Below are positions 18,337 to 30,654 of a stretch of DNA of 64,000 nt, one piece after another (within the stretch, counting starts at the first letter, position 1; every line of letters begins with the position of its first letter). This DNA comes from Thermodesulfobacteriota bacterium (GTDB taxonomy: Bacteria > Desulfobacterota > QYQD01): NCBI GenBank assembly GCA_031082315.1, contig JAVHLC010000006.1, positions 16,560 through 80,559 of the forward strand. Direction: 5' to 3'. A program made the position numbers and the translations under genes. The notes below the pieces were generated by a model, which was not told where the DNA came from, made no database searches, and saw only the letters and a program-made list of their open reading frames with translations.

Positions 18337-18396
18337 TTATGAATGGTTGCTCATTCATAATATATGTATAAAATAAAATTCCATAAATTTTGTCAA
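18337..18396 (-). promoter_or_regulatory. candidate tetR promoter with overlapping palindromic operator
   Basis: On the minus strand: TTGACA (18391..18396), a 17-nt spacer, then TTTTAT (18368..18373). A perfect inverted repeat TTATGAATG-N6-CATTCATAA lies at 18337..18360, just downstream of the -10. Confidence 0.45.
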
Positions 18397-18513
18397 GATA
18401 ATTTTCATCGGACTTTCATTAAAATCTCAAAATGAGTGAATTATTTTATTGAATTGAACGATATAGATATTTAGGTAAAAAGGTAAGTATGCATATTATG
18501 CACAAAAAAGATA

Positions 18514-18542
18514 TTGACCCTTGTTATTACACGGGTTATTGT
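18514..18542 (+). promoter_or_regulatory. candidate sigma70 promoter for mreBCD-mrdA-rodA
   Basis: TTGACC, a 17-nt spacer, then TATTGT. Confidence 0.35.
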
Positions 18543-18610
18543 GAAAGGCTAGAAAATAAGAAAAGCGGGAGAACCGGTTAAAATTTAAGGGTTTTTTCCA
18601 TTAAAATTAA

Positions 18611-19657
<1,047 letters not shown>

Positions 19658-19670
19658 TACGGATGTCTTA

Positions 19671-20552
19671 ATGCGAAAAAAGGAAAGACCTCTTAATCGT
19701 CTGAAAATTTTTATCTTAACCGGTCTGTTGGCTGTTATCCTTTTCGTACTCCTTGTTTCCAGTATAGGGAAAAACAGAGATTTTGGCCCCTGGCAGAAGG
19801 TTGGTGTAGAGTTGTTTGCTCCCATCCAGAAAGGGATCGTCTTCATTCAGAGGGGAATTACTGCTTTTGGGCATGATTATATCTACTTGGTTGGCGTACA
19901 AAAGGAAAATAGGTTGTTGAGAAAGGAAATCGAACGACTGCGCAGTAAAAACAATGAGTATCGTGAAGCCATTATTGCCAATATCCGGTTCAAGAAACTG
20001 TTAAATTTTAAAGAGACGGTACCCCTCCCCCTTTTGTCGGCAGAGGTTGTTGGGTATGATCCCACGGTCTGGTTTGAGACCATGATTATTAACCGTGGCT
20101 CTGACGATGGACTTCAAAGAGGGATGGCGGTTATAGCTGCCGATGGTGTTGTTGGCCAGATTATAAGTGTCTCCCTGCACTATGCAAAGGTTTTACTGAT
20201 TACAGACCGGAACAGCGCTGTCGATGCCATTGTGCAGAGAAGCAGGGTAAGGGGAGTGCTCAAGGGAGAATCCGGTGGAGTCTGTTATTTAGATTACGTC
20301 GGCATTCGTGACGATGTTAAACCCGGGGATATAGTAATTTCTTCCGGGGTGGGGGGTATATTCCCGAAGGGGTTGCCTGTCGGGAGGGTTATTAAGGCCA
20401 AGAATTCTCGTCCGGGATTATTTCAACATATCGAAGTGGTCCCCTGTGTTAATATTTCTGATATAGAGGAAGCATTGGTTGTTTTAGAAAAAAGCTCTAT
20501 AATGGAACAGGAACTAGCGCCACAAAGTCACCGAGACACGAAGGCTAAGTGA
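19671..20552 (+). CDS. mreC: rod shape-determining protein MreC
   Basis: N-terminal TM, a coiled coil (LLRKEIERLRSKNNEYRE) and a C-terminal beta-barrel domain (GDIVISSGVGGIFPKGLPVGRV). Position after mreB supports the call. Confidence 0.9.
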   Translation: MRKKERPLNRLKIFILTGLLAVILFVLLVSSIGKNRDFGPWQKVGVELFAPIQKGIVFIQRGITAFGHDYIYLVGVQKENRLLRKEIERLRSKNNEYREAIIANIRFKKLLNFKETVPLPLLSAEVVGYDPTVWFETMIINRGSDDGLQRGMAVIAADGVVGQIISVSLHYAKVLLITDRNSAVDAIVQRSRVRGVLKGESGGVCYLDYVGIRDDVKPGDIVISSGVGGIFPKGLPVGRVIKAKNSRPGLFQHIEVVPCVNISDIEEALVVLEKSSIMEQELAPQSHRDTKAK

Positions 20553-20620
20553 GGATTAAGAGGATTATCTATCTTGGTGCCTTAGTGGCTAAATAGTTGC
20601 GTGGGATAAAGTGACCGAAT

Positions 20621-21121
20621 ATGTTTTTTTTGTTTTTACTGGGTTGCGTATTATTGATCCTGGAAACGACTCTATTCTATCATCTGCCTTTATGGAAACT
20701 TAAAATTGACGGGTTGCCCCTCTTAATTATATATGTCTCACTTTACCTGAATGGAATCCAGAGCGGTTTGTTGGTTTTTTCTTTAGGTATATTGGTGGAT
20801 ACATTTGCAGGCAGCGCCCTGGGCATGCATGTACTCGTTTATGCCATGCTTTTTTTATTAGTAAAGGTTATCTCACGTAATCTGATCGTAAAAAATATCT
20901 ATTATCAAATGGCTATCATTTTTTCCGTAAGTTTTTTGGCTAACTTAGGCCTGCTGATTTTGGATTTGGTATTCATGGATGGAGTAATTTGGTGGCATCA
21001 CGTTTGGATGGTATTTCTTCAAAGTCTCCTGACCTCTCTGTTAAGCCCTATCTTTTTCATTTGTTACGATTATTTTGACCGGTTGTTTGGGTTACGGGAA
21101 GCACGTGAGGTCTCGCGCTAG
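20621..21121 (+). CDS. mreD: rod shape-determining protein MreD
   Basis: Small polytopic membrane protein immediately after mreC. The assignment rests on synteny and hydrophobicity. Confidence 0.8.
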   Translation: MFFLFLLGCVLLILETTLFYHLPLWKLKIDGLPLLIIYVSLYLNGIQSGLLVFSLGILVDTFAGSALGMHVLVYAMLFLLVKVISRNLIVKNIYYQMAIIFSVSFLANLGLLILDLVFMDGVIWWHHVWMVFLQSLLTSLLSPIFFICYDYFDRLFGLREAREVSR

Positions 21122-21172
21122 GATTTGTTAAGTGGTTATGATTTTTGAGTCTTACCGGATAAGTGGTCTATT

Positions 21173-23071
21173 GTGAGGCAGACAGGTTCAAAAAGAGATC
21201 TACGCATAAGGGCATTTGATCCGGCAGAAATCGAGGAATACCACAGGAGATTTGACCGGATTACTGTATTCGTCATAGTCGTTTTTGCCGTTTTTTTTGC
21301 CCGCCTCTGGTATCTACAGATCATAAAAGGTGACGAATACCTCAAACGCTCGGAGAGAAATTGCCTCCGTATCCAATACATGCCGGGTCCACGGGGAGAT
21401 ATCCTGGATCGGCATGGGCAGGTGCTGGTGCAAAGTCGGCCGTCTTTTAGCATATCCCTGGTTCGTGAAGACGTAAAAGACATAAATAAGTTACTTAACC
21501 GGTTGAGCTCCATCTTGAAGAAAAGTCCGGCCTCACTCTGGGAAACGGTGGTGACGGCGAAGAATATGCCCCGTTATATGCCTATACGCTTATGTGAAGA
21601 TGTGGATGCAGATACCGTGGCCTTGGTGGAGATGCACAGGTTTGAGATGCCCGGCGTAACCATAGAGATTGAACCTAAGAGAAACTATGTTTATGGGAAT
21701 ATGGCCGCACACTTGTTTGGTTACCTGGGAGAAATAAATGAAAAGGAATTGAAGGGCGAATTATTTAAGAACGTCAGGTTGGGTGAATTCGTTGGGCGAT
21801 GCGGCCTGGAGAAGGTTTATCAGGCGGATTTGGCGGGTATAGGCGGCGGCAGGCAGGTAGAGGTCGATGCCGCCGGCCGGGTGATAAGTGTTTATGGGGA
21901 TATCCCACCCGTTTCCGGGAATAATATCCATCTCACCCTGGACGCCGACCTGCAAAGGGTAGCCGAAGATGCTATGGCCGGCCGCTCAGGGGCAGTTGTA
22001 GCTATGGATCCCAGAAATGGAAAGATACTGACCTGGGCGAGCTGTCCTAATATTGATTTAGAAGCCTTTCTCCACGGATTAAGTCGGAAAGAGTGGTCAG
22101 ATCTGGTAAATGATCCTTTGCGGCCCTTGCCGGATAAGGTTATTCAAGGGCAATATCCCCCGGGTTCTACTTATAAGATTGTAACCATGGCGGCCGCGCT
22201 GGAAGAGAAGGTCATTGATCCTACCGCTCCACTATATTGCAGCGGCTATTATCCTTTTGGTAACCGGGTCTATAGGTGTTGGGAGGAAAAAGGACATGGC
22301 AGCGTGGCTATGCATAAAGGCATTGTGCGGTCATGCGACGTTTATTTCTATGAAATGGGAAGAAGGCTGGGTGTGAATCGCCTGGCCCATTATGCACGTG
22401 GTTTTGGTCTGGGATCACCCGCCAAGGTAGAATTGGAGCATGAAAAGTCAGGACTGGTGCCTACTCCCGAATGGAAATTAAAACGATTTAAGGTGCCCTG
22501 GCAGGAGGGGGAGACGATTTCTATTGCCATCGGCCAGGGTTTTGATCTGGTCACTCCTCTCCAGATGCTGCGTGTGATCTCTGCTGTGGCCAATGGGGGA
22601 GTGCTTTATCGTCCCCAGTTTGTGGAAAAAATCGTTAGTCTTGACGGCAAGATAATAAAACAGTTTAAGCCTATAATAGATAGTAAGGTCCCGGTTTCCC
22701 AACGTAACCTGGGAATAGTACGGGATGGCCTGGCCGGGGTGGTAAATGAGCCGCACGGTACGGGGGGTGTGTGCCGGCTCAGCACAGTTATGGTCGGAGG
22801 CAAGACCGGGACGGCCCAGGTGGTTCGTTTGCCCGCCTACCGTGAGAAGAACGTAAACGCCATACCTTATAAGTATCGGGACCATGCCTGGTTTGTGGCC
22901 TTTGCCCCGGTGGAGGACCCTGAGATAGCAATTGCGGTTTTAGTTGAACATAGCGGGCATGGTGGTTCAATAGCTGCTCCCGTAGCCAGAGCGGTTTTGG
23001 AGGAATATTTTAGCAAAAAGTCCAGCCCGGAGGCGACCTTGGTTCGCACAGGGGGTGCAAATGATAGATAG
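21173..23071 (+). CDS. mrdA: penicillin-binding protein 2 (elongasome transpeptidase)
   Basis: TM anchor, PBP dimerisation domain, and transpeptidase motifs STYK (GSTYKIV), SCD and KTGTAQ. GTG start. Confidence 0.93.
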   Translation: MRQTGSKRDLRIRAFDPAEIEEYHRRFDRITVFVIVVFAVFFARLWYLQIIKGDEYLKRSERNCLRIQYMPGPRGDILDRHGQVLVQSRPSFSISLVREDVKDINKLLNRLSSILKKSPASLWETVVTAKNMPRYMPIRLCEDVDADTVALVEMHRFEMPGVTIEIEPKRNYVYGNMAAHLFGYLGEINEKELKGELFKNVRLGEFVGRCGLEKVYQADLAGIGGGRQVEVDAAGRVISVYGDIPPVSGNNIHLTLDADLQRVAEDAMAGRSGAVVAMDPRNGKILTWASCPNIDLEAFLHGLSRKEWSDLVNDPLRPLPDKVIQGQYPPGSTYKIVTMAAALEEKVIDPTAPLYCSGYYPFGNRVYRCWEEKGHGSVAMHKGIVRSCDVYFYEMGRRLGVNRLAHYARGFGLGSPAKVELEHEKSGLVPTPEWKLKRFKVPWQEGETISIAIGQGFDLVTPLQMLRVISAVANGGVLYRPQFVEKIVSLDGKIIKQFKPIIDSKVPVSQRNLGIVRDGLAGVVNEPHGTGGVCRLSTVMVGGKTGTAQVVRLPAYREKNVNAIPYKYRDHAWFVAFAPVEDPEIAIAVLVEHSGHGGSIAAPVARAVLEEYFSKKSSPEATLVRTGGANDR

Positions 23072-24170
23072 GAGGTATATAACCAACTTTGATTGGCCAT
23101 TACTTGGGGTAGTGCTACTTTTATCAATGTTAGGAGTTTTGAATCTTTATAGCGCCGGTTATTCTGCTACTGGTTCTGCAACTACCGTTTATCTAAGGCA
23201 GCTTTATTGGCTGGGCCTATCCGGGGTCATTATGGTTGTCGTTCTATCTTTTGATTACCGGCGGATAGCTGAGTGGGCTCCTTACATATACGCGGGTTCT
23301 ATAATAACCCTGGTGGCCGTATTGTTTGTTGGGAAGACAGTTTCCGGCTCTCAAAGGTGGCTAGGTTTCGGCTCCCTGGTTTTTCAACCATCAGAGCTGG
23401 CCAAGTTGGCGACGGTTATTGCGCTGGCCAGTTATTTTTATCACAAGGACGTTAAAAAGGGTTATGGACTAAGTGACCTCCTGGCGCCGGCGGGTATTGT
23501 TTTGCTCCCCTTTATTCTTATCGTTAAGGAGCCGGATTTAGGGACGAGCCTTTTGCTCCTGTTTATACTGGCGTCAATGGTCCTTTTTGTAGGTATAAAA
23601 TGGGGCGCATTTTTGACCTTGCTGGGTTTTGGGCTGACCTCTGTGCCGTTCATCTGGTCTTTATTAAAGGATTATCAAAAAAAGAGGGTGGAATCTTTTC
23701 TCTGGCCGGAAAGAGACCCTCTGGGGTCTGGTTATCATGCCCTTCAGTCCAAGATCGCGGTGGGGTCCGGCAAGATATTGGGAAAGGGTTATTTAGCGGG
23801 ATCACAAAGCAAACTCGATTTTCTTCCCGAGCAGCATACTGATTTTGCCTTTTCCGTCTTTGCGGAAGAGTGGGGTTTTATAGGATCGATTCTGCTGATT
23901 ATTCTTTATTTTTTGCTTATTCTGTTGGCCTTGCAGGTCGCTATCCGTTCAAAGGAAAAGTTCGGCACCTTTTTGGCGTTTGGTATATTGGCCATGATAT
24001 TCTGGCATTTAGTGGTAAATGTGGGCATGGTCCTTGGCCTAATGCCTGTAGTCGGAGTCCCGCTTCCCTTGATCAGTTATGGTGGTTCTTCAGCCATCAC
24101 TACCCTGACCAGTATCGGCCTGCTTCTTAACATCCGTATGCGGCGGTTTATGCTGCAAAAAGGCCCGTAA
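23061..24170 (+). CDS. rodA: SEDS peptidoglycan polymerase RodA
   Basis: SEDS family pattern (PSELAKL, EQHTDFAF, PLPLISYGGSS). ATG 23061 is preceded by a GGGGG run. An in-frame GTG at 23055 is an alternative start. Overlaps the mrdA stop. Confidence 0.93.
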   Translation: MIDRRYITNFDWPLLGVVLLLSMLGVLNLYSAGYSATGSATTVYLRQLYWLGLSGVIMVVVLSFDYRRIAEWAPYIYAGSIITLVAVLFVGKTVSGSQRWLGFGSLVFQPSELAKLATVIALASYFYHKDVKKGYGLSDLLAPAGIVLLPFILIVKEPDLGTSLLLLFILASMVLFVGIKWGAFLTLLGFGLTSVPFIWSLLKDYQKKRVESFLWPERDPLGSGYHALQSKIAVGSGKILGKGYLAGSQSKLDFLPEQHTDFAFSVFAEEWGFIGSILLIILYFLLILLALQVAIRSKEKFGTFLAFGILAMIFWHLVVNVGMVLGLMPVVGVPLPLISYGGSSAITTLTSIGLLLNIRMRRFMLQKGP

Positions 24171-24396
24171 CCCGAGCCTTGATGTCCGGAGATTATTTAA
24201 AAAACCCGCTTCAGATTTTGACTTGCCTCGTTTGTCCCATAATTATGCCCAAATAGTTTTTAAAAACATAGTAAAAAAACATTGACACGGGGTGTTAAAT
24301 CATGTAAAAGCCTTTTTAATCTACTGAATTGCTATTCACTAATCATGATGATTCCTTTTTATAAGCTGAAACTTCCTTTAAGTGAGGGGTAATCGG

Positions 24397-24822
24397 ATGC
24401 TGGATATAGATATTACCTTGTTGATACAGTTGGCTAATTTCCTGGCCCTGATGGTTATCCTGAATCTCATCCTTTATCGGCCCTTGCGTAAAATTATAGC
24501 AGAGAGAAAAGAGAAGGTGTCGGGCCTGGAGCGTGAGATAGAGGGGCTTATTAAGAACGCCAGCCAGAGGCTTGAAGACTTTAAGGTTAAAATGAGCGGG
24601 GCTCACGAGCGAGGGAACAAGGAAAAGGAAAACTTAAAAAATGAGGGCCTTGGCGAGGAGAAACAGATTATTTCCAAGACCCGTAGTGAGTCCGAGGCAT
24701 CTAAGTCCCAGATGTTGTCGCAGATTAACCAGGACGCTAGTAAGGCGAAAGAGGAACTGAAAGGGCAGGTATCGGGGTTTGCTTCTGACATAGCGGTCAA
24801 GATTTTGGGGAGGAGTATTTGA
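24397..24822 (+). CDS. atpF2: F0F1 ATP synthase subunit b'
   Basis: One N-terminal TM (LIQLANFLALMVILNLILY) followed by a long charged helix. It is the first of two b-type genes. ATG 24397 has GAGGGG upstream, whereas the ORF-track start is GTG 24382. Confidence 0.85.
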   Translation: MLDIDITLLIQLANFLALMVILNLILYRPLRKIIAERKEKVSGLEREIEGLIKNASQRLEDFKVKMSGAHERGNKEKENLKNEGLGEEKQIISKTRSESEASKSQMLSQINQDASKAKEELKGQVSGFASDIAVKILGRSI

Positions 24823-25433
24823 TGGCTGATCAGAGTAATAGTAAGCGGTTTTTTATAGTGATTGCCGCACAGTCTCTAACGATTATATCGGTTTTACTGT
24901 ACTATACGACGGTATTTGCCTCAGGGCATGGTGAGGGGCATGGATACAGTAGTGAGCTATGGTGGGATCTTGTCTGGCGGACTATGAATTTTACAATTCT
25001 GGCTGCCGTGCTCTTCAAGGTACTTAAAAATCCTGTAAGCAATCTCCTTTCCGGCCGGCAAGCCTCGATTAAGGATAACTTTGATGAGCTGGATGCGAAA
25101 AAGGTTGAGGCGGAAAAGAAATATGCCGAGTATGAGAAGAAGCTCTCCACCATCGAACAGGAAGCAAAAAAGGTAGTTCAAGAATATATTGAGCAGGGTG
25201 AGGCCGAGAAAAAGCGGATCATCGAAGATGCTGAGAAGACTGCTGAATCAATAAAGAAACAGGCTCAATTTGCGGTGGAGCAAGAGATGAAGCGGGCTAA
25301 GCTGGTCTTAAGCGCTGAAGCAGCCGAGCTTTCAGTTAAGCTGGCTGAAGATATAATTAAGAAGAATCTTAATGAATCAGATCACAAGAAATTAATTGAC
25401 GAATATATTGCGAAGGTGGTGCATACAAATTGA
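24822..25433 (+). CDS. atpF: F0F1 ATP synthase subunit b
   Basis: b-type helix (KVEAEKKYAEYEKKLSTIEQEAKK...). The ATG overlaps the preceding stop (TGATG). It carries an extra N-terminal hydrophobic segment before the canonical TM. Confidence 0.85.
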   Translation: MADQSNSKRFFIVIAAQSLTIISVLLYYTTVFASGHGEGHGYSSELWWDLVWRTMNFTILAAVLFKVLKNPVSNLLSGRQASIKDNFDELDAKKVEAEKKYAEYEKKLSTIEQEAKKVVQEYIEQGEAEKKRIIEDAEKTAESIKKQAQFAVEQEMKRAKLVLSAEAAELSVKLAEDIIKKNLNESDHKKLIDEYIAKVVHTN

Positions 25434-25981
25434 TCAGCAAGATAGTTGCCAAAAGATACGCCAAGGCACTTTTTGTGGTTGGCAAAGAGGAGGATAAGCT
25501 GGAGGCTTATCAGCAGGAGTTAAATGGCTTTGCGCAAATCCTACAGGGATCTCCTGAATTAAGAGATGCCTTAACCAATCCGGTCTATCCTACTGATATT
25601 AAGGCCAGATTGATGGGTGATCTGGCCATAACTCTCAAACTCAGCCCTATCATGAGCAACTTCATGAAGCTTCTGGTGGAAAAAAGGCGTATACTTTCTG
25701 TTCCTGACATTGCCGTGCTACATCAGAAGTTAACCGATGAATTTATGGGGGTTAAAAGGGCGGTGGTTACGGCTGCTATCTCCCTGGCTGAGGATGTAAA
25801 ACAGAGCGTCCAAAAGGCATTGGAAAAGGTTACCGGCAAAAAGGTAATCCTTAATACAGAAGAGGATCCCTCTATTATAGGGGGCCTGGTGGTGAGAGCG
25901 GGAGACATGGTTTGGGATGGGAGTGTAAGAACTCAATTGCGGGATATAAAAGAAATTTTAAAGAGGGGTGAGGTATCATAA
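25430..25981 (+). CDS. atpH: F0F1 ATP synthase subunit delta (OSCP)
   Basis: [14 protein letters not shown] start typical of delta/OSCP. TTG start overlaps the atpF stop. Position between b and alpha supports the call. Confidence 0.85.
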   Translation: MISKIVAKRYAKALFVVGKEEDKLEAYQQELNGFAQILQGSPELRDALTNPVYPTDIKARLMGDLAITLKLSPIMSNFMKLLVEKRRILSVPDIAVLHQKLTDEFMGVKRAVVTAAISLAEDVKQSVQKALEKVTGKKVILNTEEDPSIIGGLVVRAGDMVWDGSVRTQLRDIKEILKRGEVS

Positions 25982-27501
25982 TGCAGATACGAGCCGAAGA
26001 AGTTAGTCAGATTATTAAGGGTCAGATTAAAGAGTATGAGAAAAAGATTGACCTCAAGGAGACAGGCATTGTCCTATCTGTAGGTGATGGTATTGCCCGT
26101 GTCCATGGGGTCGAGAATTGCCAGGCTATGGAGCTTCTGGAATTTCCGGGTGGCATCATGGGTGTTGCCCTTAATCTGGAAGAGGATAACGTGGGCTGTG
26201 CTATCATGGGAGACGTGGAGCACATCAAAGAGGGCGACGTCGTCAAGCGTACGGGCCGCATCGCCGAGGTGCCGGTGGGTGAGGCCGTTGTAGGACGTGT
26301 AGTCGATGGCCTTGGAAGTCCCTTGGATGGTAAAGGGCCAATTGAGGTCAAGGAGACGCGCCGGATAGAGATGATCGCCCCTGGTGTTATTGCCCGGCAG
26401 CCGGTTAAGGAGCCCATGTACACGGGGCTTAAGGCTATCGACGCTATGACCCCGGTGGGCCGGGGTCAGCGGGAGCTCATCATCGGCGACCGACAGATAG
26501 GCAAAACTGCCATTGGTGTAGATGCCATCATTAACCAAAAAGGCCTGGACGTCTTCTGTATCTATGTGGCCATCGGTCAAAAGAAGTCGACCGTGGCATT
26601 GGTTGCCGAGGCACTGCGGCGTCACGGGGCCATGGAGTATACGACGATCGTGGCCGCTTGTGCCAGTGATCCCGCGCCGTTGCAGTACGTGGCTGCATTT
26701 GCCGGTTGTACCATGGGTGAGTATTTCCGTGATACCGGGCGGCATGCTTTGATTATCTATGACGACCTTTCCAAGCAGGCTGTAGCCTATCGGCAGCTCT
26801 CACTGCTGCTAAGGCGGCCTCCAGGGCGCGAGGCGTATCCGGGTGATATCTTCTATAACCATTCCCGATTATTAGAGAGGGCCGCTAAGGTGAATGATGC
26901 ACTGGGGGGTGGTTCATTGACGGCATTACCTATTATTGAGACCCAGGCCGGCGACGTCTCTGCCTATATCCCAACCAACGTTATTTCCATTACTGATGGT
27001 CAGATATATCTTGAACCCGCACTGTTTTTCGCAGGTGTCAGGCCGGCGATTAACGTTGGTCTGTCCGTCTCCCGCGTGGGTGGGGCGGCGCAGGTCAAGG
27101 CCATGAAACAGGTTGCTGGTACGCTTCGATTAGATCTGGCCCAGTATCGAGAGTTGGCGGCCTTCGCCGGGTTCGGTAGCGACCTTGACAAGTCCACGCA
27201 GGCGCAGCTCAATCGGGGTGCCCGCCTGGTAGAAATCCTCAAGCAGCCGCAGTACCAGCCCCTGCCTATGGAGAAAGAGATCACCATTCTTTTTGCCGGT
27301 GCAAGGGGATACCTGGATGAGCATCCTATAGATGCATTGAGGGCTTATGAGGACGGGCTCTACCCATTTATCGAAAGCAAACATCCTGATGTTTTTAAAG
27401 AATTAAGGGAAAAGAAGACCATAGACGATAGCCTGGAGGCAAAGATGAGGAAGGCCCTTGACGAGTATCGGGTCGCCTTCAAGGCCTCCAAGGGTTTGTA
27501 G
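25981..27501 (+). CDS. atpA: F0F1 ATP synthase subunit alpha
   Basis: P-loop GDRQIGKT plus extensive alpha-subunit conservation over the full length. Confidence 0.98.
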   Translation: MQIRAEEVSQIIKGQIKEYEKKIDLKETGIVLSVGDGIARVHGVENCQAMELLEFPGGIMGVALNLEEDNVGCAIMGDVEHIKEGDVVKRTGRIAEVPVGEAVVGRVVDGLGSPLDGKGPIEVKETRRIEMIAPGVIARQPVKEPMYTGLKAIDAMTPVGRGQRELIIGDRQIGKTAIGVDAIINQKGLDVFCIYVAIGQKKSTVALVAEALRRHGAMEYTTIVAACASDPAPLQYVAAFAGCTMGEYFRDTGRHALIIYDDLSKQAVAYRQLSLLLRRPPGREAYPGDIFYNHSRLLERAAKVNDALGGGSLTALPIIETQAGDVSAYIPTNVISITDGQIYLEPALFFAGVRPAINVGLSVSRVGGAAQVKAMKQVAGTLRLDLAQYRELAAFAGFGSDLDKSTQAQLNRGARLVEILKQPQYQPLPMEKEITILFAGARGYLDEHPIDALRAYEDGLYPFIESKHPDVFKELREKKTIDDSLEAKMRKALDEYRVAFKASKGL

Positions 27502-27550
27502 GGGTAATAAATACTTTAACATCAATTTCATGAGATAAGAGTGGTTACCG

Positions 27551-28429
27551 ATGGCTACGCTAAAAGACGTTTTACGGAAAATTGGGGCAGTAAAAAAGAC
27601 CCAGCAGATTACCAAGGCCATGAACATGGTGGCGGCGGCCAAACTGCGCGGGGCACAGTCGAAAATGGAGAACTTCAGGCCCTATGCCAGCAAATTTGCT
27701 GAGGTCATAGGGAGTCTATCCGCGCACCTGAATGTTGAGGCCTCGCCTCTTTTGGAACAGCGCGAGGTAAAGAACATTGAACTCCTGCTGGTTACTGCAG
27801 ACCGGGGGCTGTGTGGCAGTTTCAACGTAAATTTGAATAACGTAGCCGAAAAGTTCCTGCGGGCAAAAGGGGCGGAAGGGGTAGGGACCTCACTCGTTTG
27901 TCTCGGTCGAAAAGGTCGAGACTACTTCCGGCGTCGCGAGACGAACATAAGGGCCTCACATATTGACGTTATGGGCCGGTTTGACATGTCGAATGCCATA
28001 ACAATTGCCCAGGATCTGGCAAGTAGATTTATTGGGGGTGAGTCTGATGAAGTGTACGTGGTCTCTGCGCATTTTATCAGTATGGCTATCCAAAGGCCGG
28101 TCACCAGGAAGCTCCTCCCCATAAGTCCGGAAGAACTTGGGGGGCCAGGAGAAACGACCGGCACTGCGCGGGAATATTTATATGAGCCCTCACCGGAACA
28201 GCTTATCAGCAGTCTTTTACCTACACATGTGAACGTACAGGTGTACAGCGCCATGCTGGAGACGTCAGCCAGCGAGCACGCCGCCCGGATGACAGCCATG
28301 GACAACGCTTCGCGCAACTGTAAGGATTTGATCCGGAGCTTGAGCCTGATGTATAACAAGGCGCGGCAGGCCGCCATTACGAGAGAATTGATGGACATTG
28401 TCGGCGGGGCCGAGGCGCTGAAGAAATAG
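27551..28429 (+). CDS. atpG: F0F1 ATP synthase subunit gamma
   Basis: N-terminal ATLKDVLRKIGAVKKTQQITKAMNMVAAAKLR and C-terminal ITRELMDIVGGAEAL helices of gamma. Confidence 0.95.
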   Translation: MATLKDVLRKIGAVKKTQQITKAMNMVAAAKLRGAQSKMENFRPYASKFAEVIGSLSAHLNVEASPLLEQREVKNIELLLVTADRGLCGSFNVNLNNVAEKFLRAKGAEGVGTSLVCLGRKGRDYFRRRETNIRASHIDVMGRFDMSNAITIAQDLASRFIGGESDEVYVVSAHFISMAIQRPVTRKLLPISPEELGGPGETTGTAREYLYEPSPEQLISSLLPTHVNVQVYSAMLETSASEHAARMTAMDNASRNCKDLIRSLSLMYNKARQAAITRELMDIVGGAEALKK

Positions 28430-28457
28430 AATAATATTGAATAATGAGGAGGAATAG

Positions 28458-29894
<1,437 letters not shown>

Positions 29895-29946
29895 GTAATT
29901 GACAAATCATTTGGTTTAGCGATAGAAAGGTACGGAGCAAAAAAAG

Positions 29947-30363
29947 ATGGCTGATAAGTTATTGCTTGAGGTAACTACACCAAGCCGGATGGTGGTCAGC
30001 GAAGAGGTGGATATGGTGGTAGCCCCAGGAGAATGGGGTGAGTTTGGGGTACTGCCAAACCACGCGGCGTATCTGACGGCTATTAAGTTAGGCGAGTTAC
30101 GTTATAAGGTAGGCAATAAGACGGAATATGTGATTGTAAGCGGCGGATTCGCGGAGATAGTTGCTGATCGTGCCACTTTTCTCGTGACCTCTGCCGAGAA
30201 GGCGCATGAGGTTGATATAGCGCGGGCCATGAAGGCCAAAGAGAGAGCCGAGCAGAGATTGCAGGCGGCAGCCGCGAAGAGGGAAGCTTTTGATATAGCA
30301 CGAGCACAGGCGGCCTTGCAGAGGGCTCTGTGGCGGCTAAAGATAGCTGAGAAGGTAAAATAA
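29947..30363 (+). CDS. atpC: F0F1 ATP synthase subunit epsilon
   Basis: Beta-sandwich start LLLEVTTPSRMVVSEEVDMVVAPGEWGEFGVLPNHA plus a C-terminal helical hairpin. A terminator follows. Confidence 0.93.
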   Translation: MADKLLLEVTTPSRMVVSEEVDMVVAPGEWGEFGVLPNHAAYLTAIKLGELRYKVGNKTEYVIVSGGFAEIVADRATFLVTSAEKAHEVDIARAMKAKERAEQRLQAAAAKREAFDIARAQAALQRALWRLKIAEKVK

Positions 30364-30406
30364 CCATGGCCTAAGGAAAAAGGCTAAGATTAGGATTGAA
30401 TGGAAA

Positions 30407-30437
30407 AAGGGCAAGCGAGGGCTTGCCCTTTTCTTTT
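30407..30437 (+). terminator. rho-independent terminator after atpC
   Basis: AAGGGCAAGC-gagg-GCTTGCCCTT followed by TTCTTTT. Confidence 0.75.
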
Positions 30438-30460
30438 GGAATCTCTATAATGAACGTCTG

Positions 30461-30646
30461 TTGTCACTGGTAAAAGCGATCAGCACTCAGCTTAAGGTAC
30501 TATTTGTCTTGGATTTTTTGCTGATGGCTGACCGCTGAAAGCGTGAAGTTCGCCCCGGCGAATCGGCCTGTGGCACAACCGAAAACGGTAGTTTCCGGTT
30601 GTGCCCTAATCAATGACCGATGACTAATGACCAGTGATGTTGCCTA
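30461..30646 (+). repeat. composite ~190-bp element family A, copy 2, directly upstream of the glmU-like gene
   Basis: See 17407..17597. Contains a TCAGC arm, loop, GCTGA arm, a 14-bp-stem CCGAAAAC/GTTTCCGG hairpin and TGAC-type heptamers. Confidence 0.9.
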
Positions 30647-30654
30647 TAAAATAT

